Source of the DNA: Lama glama
Lineage: Eukaryota
Reading direction: 5' to 3'
NCBI GenBank assembly: GCA_028534125.1
Contig: CM052816.1
Span: 63,924,001 to 63,988,000 of the forward strand
DNA length: 64,000 bases
This document shows positions 24,571 through 36,809 of this stretch, piece by piece. The position numbers and the translations under genes are program-made. Each line of letters starts with the position of its first letter. Position 1 is the first letter of the stretch. The notes beneath the pieces are model-generated. The model was not told where the DNA came from. It worked only from the letters and a program-made list of their open reading frames with translations, and did no database searches.

Positions 24571-26155
24571 AACAACAAAAGACCTAGAATTGCCAAAGCA
24601 TTACTGAAGAAAAAGAAAGAGGCTGGAGGAATAACTCTCCTAGACTTCAGACAATACTATAGAGCTACAGTAATCAAGGCAGCATGATATTGATACAAAA
24701 ACAGACATATAGACCGACGGAACAGAATAGAGAGCCCAGAAATGAACCCACAAACTTTTGGTCAACTAATCTTCGACAAAGGAGGCAAGAATGAATATAC
24801 AATGGAATAAAGACAGTCTCTCTAGCAAATGGTGTTGGGAAAACTGGACAGCAGCACGTAAATCAGTGAAACTAGAACACTCCCTTATACCATACACAAA
24901 AATAAACTCAAAATGGATCAAAGACTTAAACATAAGACAGGATACAATAAACCTCCTAGAAGAAAATATAGGCAAAACATTATCTGACATACATCTCAGA
25001 AATGTTCTTCTAGAACAGTCTACCCAAGCAATAGAAATAAAAGCAAGAATAAACAAATGGGACCTAATGAAACTTACAAGCTTCTGCACAGCAAAGGAAA
25101 CCATAAGTAAAATAAAAAGACAACCTACGGAATGGGAAAAAATGTTTGCAAATGAAACTGACAAAGGCTTGATCTCCAGAATATATAAGCAGCTCATATG
25201 ACTTAATAAGAAAAATAAAAAACCCAATCCAAAAATGGGCAGGAGACCTAAACAAGCAATTCTCCAAGGAAGACATACAAATGATCAATAGGCACATGAA
25301 AAAATGTTCAATATCATTAATTATCAGAGAAATGCAAATCAAAACTACAATGAGGTATCACCTCACACCAGTCAGAATGGCCGTCATTCAAAAATCCACA
25401 AATGACAAATGATGGAGAGGATGTGGAGAAAAGGGACCCCTCCTACACTGCTGGTGGGAATGCAGTTTGGTGCAGCCACTGTGGAAAACAGTATGGAAAT
25501 TCCTCCAAAGACTAGGAATAGACTTAGCATATGACCCAGTCATCCCGCCCCTGGGCATATATCCAGAAGGAACCCTACTTCAGAATGACACCTATACCCC
25601 AATGTTCATAGCAGCACTATTTACAATAGCCAAGACATGGAAACAGCCTAAATGTCCATCAACAGATGACTGAATAAAGAAGCTGTGGTATATTTATACA
25701 ATGGAATACTACTCGGCCATAAAAACAGACAACATAATGCCATTTGCAGGAACATGGATGTTTCTGGAGAATGTCATTCTAAGTGAAGTAAGCCAGAAAG
25801 AAAAAGACAAATAACATATGAGATCGCTTATATGCGGAATCTACAAACAAAACAAAATAAAACATAAATACAAATCAGAAACAGACTCATAGACATAGAA
25901 TACAAACTTGTGGTTGCCAAGGGGGTGGAGGGTGGGAAGGGATAGATTGGGATTTCAAAATATAGAATAGATAAACAAGATTATACTGTATAGCACAGGG
26001 AAATACATACAAGATCTTATGGTAGCTCACAGAGAAAAAATGTGACAATGGATATATATATGTTCATGTATAACTGAAAAATTGTGCTCTACACTGGAAT
26101 TTGACACAAGATTGTAAAATGATTATAACTCAATAAAAAATGTTTAAAAAAAAAC
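24571..26155 (+). mobile_element. Young camelid L1, 5'-truncated (ORF2 C-terminus, 3'UTR, poly(A))
   Basis: ORF2 peptides ([63 protein letters not shown]) broken by stops and frameshifts; AATAAA and A-tail; TSD aaaacagtctatgca (24556-24570) / aaaccagtctatgca (26152-26166). Confidence 0.97.
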
Positions 26156-26439
26156 CAGTCTATGCACCTGGGTGTGAAACATCCTTGCTTTATTTTATAA
26201 CTTTCACAAAGTGATACGTCTGCTTTCTGTGTGGAATGTAAATCAAGTTGATGCACCTGTGAGTGAGAATTTACTTTGTACCTGTTTTCCTAACAGCCCG
26301 TTGGAGGAACTGGAAATGCCAAGTGGAGGGGATTGAAGTAAGTGACCTCAAAGGCCCTCCATCTTCTTTGACTTCAAGAGGCTGAAAGACTCACCCAAAA
26401 GTCACCTTGGAAGCCATGCAAATGTGGAAGTTGCTTACG

Positions 26440-26970
26440 TATTTCAGGTAACACTCCTGCAATCGCAAGTATCAGAAACTTGACAAAAAAGGATGTAATC
26501 AAAAACCAGAAGAAAAAGACATGTCATGGCTCAAAGAGTTGAAATTCTTGGGGATGGGCTGAATTGGACCGAGGGGTTTAAACATGTCATCAGTATCCAG
26601 ACTCTCTCTGTCCCGCAGCTCTGGCTTTCTCTGTCTTGATTTTGTTCTCAGGCAGCTCTCTGCATGGTGACCCCAGCAGCTCGAGGCATACAACCTGCCA
26701 CTTCAAGCCTAGGGGAAAGGGAATTTCTCACCCAGTGTCCCCGCAAAAGACTGAGTCTTAGTGCACTGACTTCAGTCACATGGCCACCCCCAAAGCAGGG
26801 GGATGAAATACACTCATTGATGAGAGCTGTGTTGCGTGTTCACCCCAGGCTAGGGGATAGAAGGACAGGCTATCAGCCAACAGCATGAACTAATATTTGG
26901 GGGTGGGAATCCCTGCAGTAAATACCATCACCCAGAGAAACAGGAAAAGATGCCAAGCACATAACAAAAG
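26440..26970 (-). mobile_element. MaLR solo LTR (MLT1K-like)
   Basis: gcaagtatcagaaac...catgtcatcag...ttctcaggcagctctc...gtcacatggccaccc. Confidence 0.7.
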
Positions 26971-27289
26971 ACGCCGCTTTATAGTTGCCGCTTGCTTACT
27001 ACATTGTGTACAATTTCCGTGGCTTTCCTTTGAAAAAAAAAATTGTTTTGATTTTTTTTAGTGTTCCTGTGTATCTACTTTTTCAGCCTTGTCCTATGGA
27101 TAAGCACATCCCCAGCATTAAAAAATAATAACCAAGATTATTCTACACTTCCAAGATTAGAAACCATGATCTCTCACTGAAGGAAGTCAAACATCGTGTC
27201 AAAGCGAGGTAACCTCTCAGAGGAAATTTGGATATTGTAAAGGGCACAGGGCGTCCTGAGGACTCACTAGCCTCACGTGTGCAACAAGA

Positions 27290-27385
27290 ATAAATAATTC
27301 TGTACCTTCCATGAGTGGGAGGTAGAGGTTTGAGGCTCAATTAGATCATCTCTGAAAGTCCCTTCTCTGATTCTGTTTATGATTT
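27290..27385 (+). mobile_element. MIR3/L3-type 3' fragment
   Basis: ttagatcatctctgaaagtcccttct...tatgattt terminus. Confidence 0.5.
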
Positions 27386-27467
27386 CACAGGTACTGGCAC
27401 GCTGATGTAATATATTACTCGAAATCAAAATTCTCACTCTAATTAAAAATGGCAACTAGCTGCAGGT

Positions 27468-27971
27468 GGTAGAGGACATCATTTATGCTTCGAATAGCTT
27501 TCATATATTAGGGAAATTTCCCCACCTTGTGCATCCTGCCATCCCCTACGTGTCCTGGTTTCTTCCACAAGCTAGGGTATACTAGGTGACCAGGACCTAG
27601 GATCAAACATTCCCTCGTGAGATTTAAGTTTAGAAGAAAGTGACATAAAGAAAGAAATGGTGGATAGACTCTGTGTTGTGGAGAGTAGGGACAGATAGTT
27701 ATCTTTCAGAAGAAGCCAAGTCAGAAGTCCTAGTGGAGGAATTCTGGGCCCATCACTGGCCTGGCCCTAGGACGGTACAGGCAGCAGTGGCAGAAGGGTC
27801 TCCAAGCCAGCAGGCTTGTGGTCATCTGGACCTTGTCTATGGTTTCATACCTCCATGTCTGGCCTTCTGGCTCTCTGGGAGCTGTCTGATATGTTTAATA
27901 CATTACACATATGTACATATTAGCTAAAGTGGATTCTGTCGTTTGCAGCTAAGGACCCCTTGACCAGTACA
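27468..27971 (+). mobile_element. 5' LTR of degenerate ERVL provirus (LTR33-like)
   Basis: Ends ttctgtcgtttgcagctaaggaccccttgaccagtaca, directly followed by PBS-like gaaatcgatcccagcagtgg. Confidence 0.75.
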
Positions 27972-29643
27972 GAAATCGATCCCAGCAGTGGTTTCAGACC
28001 ACAAACACATAAAAGAAATGGGCATATAGAATTAATTGTCTAGCCTTTAGGGTAAGAAGGCAATGAAAAATTCAGTTAGTGTTAGCAGACAGGACCCTGG
28101 CAGAATATTTTAAATATTCATTTGTGGTTACTTGGAATTAGTATCCTGTGAAAACAAGGGTAGGGGGACAGAGTGGCATGAGAAATTCAAACAGTATGAA
28201 TAGCATGAATAATTCAAGGGTTACTTCTAATTGCACTAGGGAACTTAAATTCTCTGCTCAGGGCATAATCAGAGAACAGCGACATTCCAGTATGGTGCTA
28301 AACTGCCCTTTCAGGTACAGGACTACAGCCTGCCTTTGAGTCTGATGGGGTTGCCAAGTTACACAGTCAATTGAAATCATAGCTTTTCAAGTCTCATATC
28401 ACAGTTAGGGCCTCAGTAAGGAAGAATGGGACCTTGAAATTTTAAATTGAGGACAGATAGGAAGTTCCCAATGATTCAGAGAATCCCAAGTTCCCACAGT
28501 CTATCAACAAGAAGCAACTGAACTTACAGAATGGTCAGAATGGTGGAAAAGGTGCACTGAAGTCCCGAGTGCCAGCTGGTGTCAGCTGAGTGACAATACC
28601 TTATAAGTTGGGAGTGTATAGGATGTGGTACATTCTCTGAACCATAAGTTTATGGTACTATTTTCCCTTCTATAATCAAAGTGCGTGGGATTTGAAACCA
28701 AAGGGCAGAAGCAAAGGGCGCTTCTAATTACATCTAGTGACCTTACTGAAGAGGTTTTGTTTTCAATCCCTGAAGTTCTGGGCTCTGCCAGTTTAAAAGT
28801 CTTAGTGCTCAAGGGAATATTGGTTCCACCAGGAACATGGACTGTTTCATCGAATTAGAAAACAAAACTTCTGGTCAAGAAGAGGCTATTTTGAACTTCT
28901 CATGCCACTGGAAAAACAGGCAAAAAAGGAGTTATCAGTATTGACTGGGGTGACTGATTCCCCTTAACAAGACAAAACAGGGTAGTTTATACCATTTTGT
29001 ACAAGGAGTATTTCTGGAACCCCGGAGATCCTTTTGGGTACTTTTGTGTATTGCCATGTCCAGTGGTAAATTTTAATGGCAGTCACACATAAGAAGGATC
29101 ACTAAGAAGAGGTCTGACAGTCTAGAAATGAAGGTTAGGATCACCCTGTCAGATAAAGAACTCTAACCTCCTAACATGCTGGTTCCGAAGGCAAAAAGAA
29201 CATGGCATGGTTGTGGAGAAAGGATGTCAAAACCATCTACACCCACACGACCACTCGCAGAAACATGACAACAGCAGCCATTCATTTCTCTTTCTTGCGT
29301 ATGTGTATCTATGACTATTCCCTTTTCCTCTTCTTCTGTTTCCCTTTCGTTTTGATAGGGTGTATGGTAACATAGGGTGGTAATTAGCTTCGTAATTTAG
29401 TCTCTGGGCCACAGAATGTCAACTGAATTGGAGAAGGTGAATATCCCAGTTTAGAACTCAATCTGGAAACTGACAAAACTTTACCTTGCCTGGCCCCTCC
29501 ATCCCTGGAGGAGAGGGTTAGCACATTTTTCAGCTGTACAAGGAATAACTGCATGATGTTAGGCAGAAGCATTTTGTCCTTGTGATGACGGTTGTTCAGA
29601 ATATTAGTATGGAAGAAAGTTTACAAACTGCCAAATGGTAGAC
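27972..29643 (+). mobile_element. ERVL internal region: gag remnant, integrase C-terminus, dUTPase remnant
   Basis: Translations: gag-like VAKLHSQLKS...EWDLE (about 28350-28440); LLITSSDLTEEVLFSIPEVLGSASLKVLVLKGILVPPGT from 28721; GYFELLMPLEKQAKKELSVLTGVTD; EYFWNPGDPFGYFCVLPCPVVNFNG. These match the ERVL IN-end/dUTPase pattern; many stops. Confidence 0.88.
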
Positions 29644-30133
29644 GCAGTAGACGTGTTTTATGTTGTGGGTTCCCATTTATGTTTTGAGCATCCTTTCAGT
29701 GCTTGGTAGAGGTCAGACCCTTGCTTCCCCAGCCTCCTTTACAGCTAGGGGTGAGTTTCCAAGAATGTGACCTAGTTTCCACTAATCAGATATGCCACAT
29801 GAGATTTCAGTTTGAAGGAGGATGTCAGGAAGAAGACAGTTCCATGAAGAGTACGTTCTGGTGAGGGAGGCTGAGACTCATTCACTCTTGAGGCAGCAGG
29901 GCCAGAGGTCTGGGTCAGAGCATCCCAGGGCACGGTGGCAGGGGGAGCCATGGCGTCTGCTCCCGTGAATCAGGCAGGCAGGGCAGCCTGGCCACTGTCT
30001 CTATCTGTTTCTATCCTAGCATGATTCTATGTACTCCTAGAAATTCCCTGGGCCAGCACAAATTCTTTATTAAATTCCCCTTCCTGCTTCTTCTAGCTAC
30101 AGTTGTCTGCAACTGAAGACCCTCACTCATACC
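29644..30133 (+). mobile_element. 3' LTR of degenerate ERVL provirus (LTR33-like)
   Basis: Preceded by PPT-like ccaaatggtagac; shares agctagggg...tgacc...tgagattt...agttt core with the 5' LTR; ends tgcaactgaagaccctcactcatac. Confidence 0.75.
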
Positions 30134-30797
30134 CAGAGAAGCTTCTTCTGCCTGTCACAGTCAATCCTGAACAGCACAAAGAAGGGACTCATCCTTTTCT
30201 GCAAATGCTGTCATATCCCAGTTGTCCTTGGCTCAAAACTCTGAATGCCCATCAGGTAAAGGGAAGTGGTTCAACTTAAACATTCCTTTTCACAAAGGGA
30301 TATTAGCACAGCTGCAGTTTGCCTAGAAAACCTAAGAGTGGTCCATAAAGGGAAAGCCCATCTGTTTGGGGACATGAAATCTGCTCGTAGTCCACAGGAT
30401 ATCACACACCCAAAGCGAGGCCTCTAACTGCGCAGCCTAATTCTATAGACAGATCGTATTTGCCCTTATGGCAGCCTAGTGGGATGCATGACTGTGTCCA
30501 GGGGAAAGTGCGTTGGATTAGTTGGTTGCTATTATAGGTTAACACGTTTGCAACGTAGTTTTACTAAATCTGCATTCCCTGCTGGCGTTGAAGAAAATTC
30601 TGTAATAGATTATCCCAAAAGAACACAGAATGGATTTTCATTTCAAAACTCAAGGCAAGCCCTTTAAAGGGACTTCAAGATTCCTAGCCAAGAAAAATAT
30701 TTAATAAGCCAGAATTCTAAGCATGCTTAATTAAGTTATTAACCTATCAAGCATTCATAGCAATTGTGATTATAATTAGTGTTAAAAATAAGGACTG

Positions 30798-31076
30798 ATA
30801 AAAAAGATTATACATCATGACCAAGTGGGGTTCATCCCAGGGACACAAGGCTGGTTCAACATACGCAAATCAATCAATGTAATACATCACATCAACAAGA
30901 GAAAGGACAAAAACCACATGATCATCTCAATCGATGCAGAAAANNNNNNNNNNNNNNNNNNNNNNNNNNNNNNNNNNNNNNNNNNNNNNNNNNNNNNNNN
31001 NNNNNNNNNNNNNNNNNNNNNNNNNNNNNNNNNNNNNNNNNNNCCGATAAATCAACAGAAAAAGAAAGTAAAGAAA
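30798..31076 (+). mobile_element. Young L1, 5'-truncated in the RT domain, mostly hidden in an assembly gap
   Basis: Open peptide [48 protein letters not shown], then Ns, then an A-rich tail; perfect TSD aaaaataaggactg at 30784-30797 and 31077-31090. Confidence 0.92.
30944..31043. other. Assembly gap (100 N)
   Basis: Run of 100 N. Confidence 1.
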
Positions 31077-31344
31077 AAAAATAAGGACTGGATAGGTATT
31101 GGTAAAGTTGTCCATTCCATCAAAAAAAAAAAAACAAAACTCATGTCATTTTGGGTTACTGAACTAAAAATGATGAGAATTATCAAAAGGATAGCTTGCT
31201 CCCTGACTGTTCACACATACACACTCTCTTTCCTTTATAGCCCATTTTAATATGAGTGCCCAACATCTCCCCGCTTTGCTCATACCATATGGTGTTGATG
31301 TAGGTTTATTTAGGTTCTGTGTTATCTGGGGAACTGAAAATTGA

Positions 31345-31495
31345 CTGGGGAGTTAGATGAGCTCTTATCTCCTGCTGGCTTCTTTGCTTGCTTATACTGC
31401 ACTTTAAATAAATCACTCAATCTCTGAGCCTCTGTTTTCCCATTTAGAGAATGGGATCAGTGATGCCTGCTTTGCAGGCTCTTGGGAAGCTGGCG
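31345..31495 (+). mobile_element. MIR SINE fragment
   Basis: aaatcactcaatctctgagcctctgttttcccatttagagaatgggat core. Confidence 0.7.
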
Positions 31496-31991
31496 GGATG
31501 GCAAGGCTCTGTTGTTTCCTGGGAGGCTGGGAGCTACTGGATGCAGATGCGCTAGTGGTATTCATGAGAAGGTAGCAACCGCCTGCAAAAGAAAGATGCT
31601 GGCTTTCCTTAGTTAGACTCATTATTCAGAGAGCTCAGAAGCAGTTGCCTCCCTTTTCCACATTTCTCCCCAGAGAATTTCCTGTTATTTCCCTGGTGTT
31701 AATTGATGGTGGGCACCCACATTCTGAATTCTCAAAAGGAGGAAGTGCTTCCTACTCTCGACATTGCTTATCTTCCTTTCTATTTACTTGGCTTCTGCAG
31801 GGGGGTAAGAAAGAGGGAACATGGCTTTTGGGGTTAATTGTGTAGGTTACTAGGGACATGCATGGAATGGTTAGTCTAAGCTCTACCTGCTTGCTTTCTT
31901 GTAGAAAATGTTTTGGGGCAAGAAATGAGGGGTTCATTCCTGAGTCAGGTTCTTCATCCTGACAAAGTTGCGTAGGAGGCGTGAGGCTATC

Positions 31992-32135
31992 CGTATTAGT
32001 TAAGGTGAAAGCTAAATTACTGCAACAGAGACCCAACCATACAGTGACTTAGTGGACTGTTCTTTCACAGGTAACAGTCTTGATGGGAGCAGGACAAGAT
32101 GGCAGGCGGCTCTCCTCCAGTCATTCTGAGACCTT
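31992..32135 (-). mobile_element. MaLR LTR fragment (MLT1J-like)
   Basis: gtattagttaag...gcaacagagacccaa...cagtgactta reversed LTR 3' end. Confidence 0.7.
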
Positions 32136-32619
32136 ACATGCAATTCGGCTTAACTCATATAGTGAGATATAACTTAGGTTCCAAGTAGGATGGGAGCTTT
32201 CCATATGTTGGTGTGTTTGGGTGGGGCCTCCCAGTTAAGAGTACCTGCGTCATGACATGGTCTTGCAGCATCCTGTGCTACTAGAAATAGCACTAAGCCA
32301 CTTCTTGTTCCATTTTTCAACTCATATCAGCTGCAACAGTGAGATGATGTTGCAAAAATGCTCAACAGTGATGGGTCTGCACCAGCAGGAAGGCTTTATT
32401 ACTCCTCCTGGAGACTTCTGCCTATTTTGGTGAGAGCAGAAACTATTCCCATGTTATTCCAGTGATGTTTGGCTATCTTTATAGAATGAGGTCTTCAGGT
32501 CCACTTCCGCCCACCACTGTCCCTTGTCCTCTGGCTGAACTCTCTGGGGACCTGAAGATGAGCACGTGATCCTTGCCATGAGAAGCTCTGGCTCTGGTGG
32601 GGGACCCAGACATGTGAAG

Positions 32620-33050
32620 GGTGAACACAGCACACGGTGATAAGTGCGGGGGCAGACAGAGAGCTGTAAGCACACAGAGGTGGGCACTCCCTTAGTCAGG
32701 AAAGAGTGGTCTCCCAAGGGGAAAGGAGGTTTCATCTGACTACAGGTTAATTATGTAAAGACTGAAGGAAGAGGGAAAAGTGCTCCGGGCAGAGAGACAT
32801 TTACAAAGCAGTGAAAGAAGAATGGCAAATCCTCAGAATGACTGAAATGAACAAGACCTGGAGGACAGCTGGTGAGAACTGAGGCTAGAGAAATAACTAG
32901 AGGCCAGCTCCTAAAGAACCCCGAGCTCCTAAGGACCACTGATTTGTCATCTAAAGAGTCTGGACCCGATCCTGACAGCAATGGGAAACCATCAAAGAAT
33001 TTTTAAAGGGTGATTATGAACCTATTTATGTCTTAAAAGATGAGTCACAA
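32620..33050 (-). mobile_element. L2 LINE fragment
   Basis: gctccgggcagagagaca...tgaggctagaga...gcaatgggaaaccatcaaagaatttttaa is typical reversed L2. Confidence 0.7.
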
Positions 33051-33064
33051 CCAGAGGAAGGGAT

Positions 33065-33250
33065 GTCCCTGTGGTCTCAGGTCCACCAGCATCAGATTCA
33101 CCTGGAGTGCCAATTAAAACTACGGACTCTTGGGCCTCACCTCACGTGCACTGAATCAGAATCCCGGGGGGCGAACCCCACAAGCCTGCACTCGTTTAGA
33201 AGGCACTCTCCGAGCGATTCTTATGCCTACTGGGTACTTGCATGTCAGTG
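33065..33250 (+). mobile_element. MER5A (hAT-Charlie)
   Basis: cagcatcagattcacctggag...tgggcctcacc...actgaatcagaatc...gattcttatgc. Confidence 0.8.
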
Positions 33251-34246
33251 GTGGCATTCTTTAGGGCCGAGGGTCAGATAAGGGGGCATCCAGTCCTAGA
33301 GACACAAAAGGAGTCTAATGTGGAGGCAGATTTGGATGAAGAGGGTGGGGGAAGCTCTAATCCCAGCATGGGGAGTTAGGCAGTCTGACTTTTTGAGAAC
33401 TTTGGTCCTGAGAAACAATCGCTGTGAGTCCTTCCCCCCAGAAGCAAACACGGAAAAGTCTGGTAGAAGAAGATAAGAAATAGCTGTCCCCCCTCTGGTG
33501 GACGGCAGACACTCAAGGAGCCTGTTCACAGGATGTAGATGTGTGGGGGACAGGCTCTGTAAAAATAGATTGTACTCCAGGCCAAGAAAGTTTGCAGCTT
33601 GGAAACACTGACTGGGGGTTTCCAGCAACAGTGCTGCACCGCCTGGCATTTTTTATTTGTTTGTCTTTTAACTAAGTTAACTGCATATTCTTCCTATGGC
33701 TTAGAAAGTTGACACTGACAAGGACAGAGACATTTTGATTGGTGCATTTGCAGTCTGCCTGCGCCAAAGAAAGGTCAAAATGCTCCTCTCTGCTGGCCAG
33801 GCCTGGAATCAGTAAGCAGCAGCTGTAGCATTGGAAGGCATCACGCATTGAGACTACTGAAGCCTGGAAGAGATGAGGCAGGAGCATTATTCTCTCCTGC
33901 TGCAGACAGCACCATCACCTGCATTTCTGCTGGGGTGATTGTTTTTGCTTTTATGTGTCTTCCCCTTGGGTGGGTGGTTTTAGCATCCATGCTGCCAATT
34001 TCCTTGGCTGGGAACCTAAAGCCAGTAGAGGGCAGACCCAGGAACAGAACTGAACCTCCTCACCCTCAGCCTACTGCTCCAAATACCTCCAAAACTGCCT
34101 AGCTGCCTCATACCACGAGTGACCTTTTCCTAAAAAAGAAGAGACCAGAGACAACAGGGAGGCTTTCCACAATACAGTTCTGCCTTGTGTATCGTATTCA
34201 CCACATTCAGAATCTGGTTTGAACTGAGAAAATGCTATTGGGTCCT

Positions 34247-34670
34247 GTATTAGTTAGAGCAGCATTAGCTATGGAAACAAAGAAGACCCCCAAAGCACAG
34301 TGGCTTGACACAAGGGAAGTCTCTCTCTCTCTCTCATGTGACAGTTCAGTGCAGGTGCTCTGGGGTGGCAGTGGATGAGGTTGGGGAAGGGCTCTATTTC
34401 ATGCAGTCACTGAAGGATTCAGGCTGACAGAGCCCTGGCTCCTTCAATGCTTGGCCTCCAAGGTCACTCTGGGCATTGCCCAGTCAAAGGAAAGGGAAAC
34501 ACGAAGGATGAAGTGTGGAAGTTTTGAAGCCCAGGCCTGGAATTGGTACACATCCCTTCTGCTGCACCCCACTGAAATGAAATCAGTTCCATGGCCACAC
34601 CCAACTAAAGAGAGTTTGGAAAACACAAGAGAAACAAACTATGATGAGCAAATAAGAAATGCCTAGTATT
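34247..34670 (-). mobile_element. MaLR solo LTR (MLT1J-like)
   Basis: tgtattagttag...cagtggcttgacaca...cccaggcctggaattggtacacatc...catggccacacccaact. Confidence 0.88.
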
Positions 34671-34749
34671 CTGTGGGCCAAGTGGGAGATCTTCCAGGAA
34701 TAATGGTGACAAAAGCCAGAGATCTCTTCATTTATTACCTGCCACTTCT

Positions 34750-35170
34750 AATTCATTCATTCACTATCTACTCCACAAGCATCTATTAAGCTCTTGCTGT
34801 GTGTGACATACTGTACTAAATGCTTTGAAGGGATTTTAGGCCTACAGGACTTGGTCTGTTCTCTCAAGGAGTTCACAGAATAATGGAAAAGACAGACAAC
34901 AACAATGAGGCAAGTGCTAGAATAGAGGAGTAGGTAAAGAATGACACAAACTTGCAGGGGGAAGGTTCACCTAGTGGGCCTTCAGGGATGATTAGAGAGC
35001 TTTTCAGAACTAAAGGACAGGAAAGGGCAATTTCTGATAGGGAATAGCATTGGCAAAGGCATGAAGAGCAAGGAACATTCAGAGAATGGGGTTTGGTATA
35101 CACAATAGGTCAAGTTTAGGGAGAGGAGAGAGAGACGCAGGGAAGGCAGAGGTGGAGAGAGGTAAGCATA
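34750..35170 (-). mobile_element. L2 LINE 3' region
   Basis: attcattcattca...tctcaaggagttcacag...gggaatagcattggcaaaggcatga. Confidence 0.8.
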
Positions 35171-35289
35171 GCAGCACAGTGTCTACCCCTAAGCCAGTGA
35201 CTCCCCTTTTCTCTAATTAAACACTGTTTTCCCCTCACTCTTCTCAGACACCTGGTTCAAATTTTTGTTTCATGTATGTGTAGTGTCTT

Positions 35290-35825
35290 GTTTCTGAGCA
35301 CTCTGAATTCAGCTGCAAGTATCACTCGACTCAGGACTCAAATTATGTCATCAGGACTCAGTTTCCATCCATCTCTAGGCTGTGCCCCCTGCTGCATTTG
35401 CAGAAATACAAAGCCTGTATGTCAGGCTTTGCGTGGTATAAAGATGGCAGTAGCAGACCCACTGACCCATATATTTTTTCAGGTTCACGTTCAACAGAAA
35501 TTTCCAGCAAAGTTCTCTTGGTGTGTCATTGGTGTAGAGGGGCCCATGTGCCTATTCCTGAACTATTTTCTTTGATGTGTAGTTTTTTTATGTTTCTGTT
35601 GTGTTTTTGGCTTTGTTGTTGGTGGGGACAAGCATTGCAGCCTTCATCTTGCTGACGTCTTGAATCAATATTTTAGGCCAGGAAGTGTAATCTTCTTTTT
35701 AGCCCAGGCCTGAACTCATGCTTCCCTACTGGGCCTGAAGTAGTGAGAAGATGGTTACCCAGACGGAAACCTAGGTTCAGTTACCAAATGATGGGTGAAT
35801 GGACACTTAGGCAAGGAAAAAAATC
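35290..35825 (-). mobile_element. MaLR LTR (MLT1K/L-like)
   Basis: gctgcaagta...atgtcatcaggactcagtttc...aagatggcagtagcag...ttaccaaatgatgggtgaatgga. Confidence 0.6.
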
Positions 35826-35830
35826 CTTAC

Positions 35831-35981
35831 CCAGAATTCCTGTGGACAGACTCTGCAGCCAAATTGGCTGACTGTGAGGACCCAAAATGTGCCTTGGGCT
35901 TTTCTAACATGTCTACCTTTTCATAAACGACCTTTGTTTTTGATCCTTCCAGTTCTCTCAGCTGATTCAAATTCTCTCTAT
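35831..35981 (-). other. Candidate 151-nt internal exon
   Basis: Minus-strand acceptor ttttttccccttcatttttaaag and donor TGG|gtaagg; one open frame, DRENLNQLRELEGSKTKVVYEKVDMLEKPKAHFGSSQSANLAAESVHRNSG; product not recognised. Confidence 0.3.
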
Positions 35982-36369
35982 CTTTAAAAATGAAGGGGAA
36001 AAAAAGCTCAAATTCACTTTCTTTCGGAAGCCCAAAGCGTTGCCCACTTCCTGCAAACAATTAGAGCATTTCTTGTCTATAAGACCTTCAGGAAACAAAT
36101 GCTCTCCACTTCCACCTGCTTGCTGGTTTTTAATGACTACACTTTTTCTGTCCAGCTAGACTCTAAACTCCTTTAGGGAAAGAAGTTTACACATCTTTAT
36201 CTTCCCTGATACCTAATTTATATTTCACTTGATTTACACATTTATATACTACCTTGTTCTAAAGTGAATTTAAGGTAACTTACAAAAATGCACATGTACA
36301 ACAAGTGGAGTAAAATTTAAAATAAGGTGGTGAGCTTCTTTGGGGAATCCAGTTACTGTATAAGAAGTT

Positions 36370-36710
36370 TGACTTCTCTGAGACTGCTATGATGTTCCTC
36401 AAACTAATCTGCTGGAGAGTGAGCTGCCAGTCATTCCCTCACTGTTCTAACCTCCTAGTTCAGGCACCAGAGACATAAGTAAAGAAGCCATTTCAGATAT
36501 TGCAGCCCAGGCAGAAGCCACATGGAGCAGAGGAATCCAGCCAATGGGCAGAACCCAGAACCCAGATATATGAGTGCAGCCAATCTGTCCCCGACATATC
36601 CAGCCATTTGAACCACTCCTGCTGAACACTGTGGAGCAGACACAAGTCTTCCAGTGTGCCCTGACTGAATACTAGACCCACAAAATTTCATTTAAGGCAC
36701 TATGTTAGTT
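36370..36710 (+). mobile_element. MaLR LTR fragment (MLT1G-like)
   Basis: caggcaccagagacataagtaaagaagccat...ccacatggagcaga...gtggagcagacacaag...gacccacaaaat. Confidence 0.75.
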
Positions 36711-36809
36711 TCAGAGGGGGATGAAAAGACAGTAAGCTTTGCTTCTAACCCTCATGGAGTGCAGAAACCAGAAATCTGAAGTACTAGGAAGAATAAGATT
36801 TACTTCTAA

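Noticed and set aside
24766..25673. ORFs of 68-153 aa on both strands
   Set aside because: Fragments of L1 ORF2 and its antisense frame in a truncated, stop-containing copy.
30825..31250. 141-aa ORF
   Set aside because: Artefact of reading through 100 Ns; the N-terminal part is L1 reverse transcriptase.
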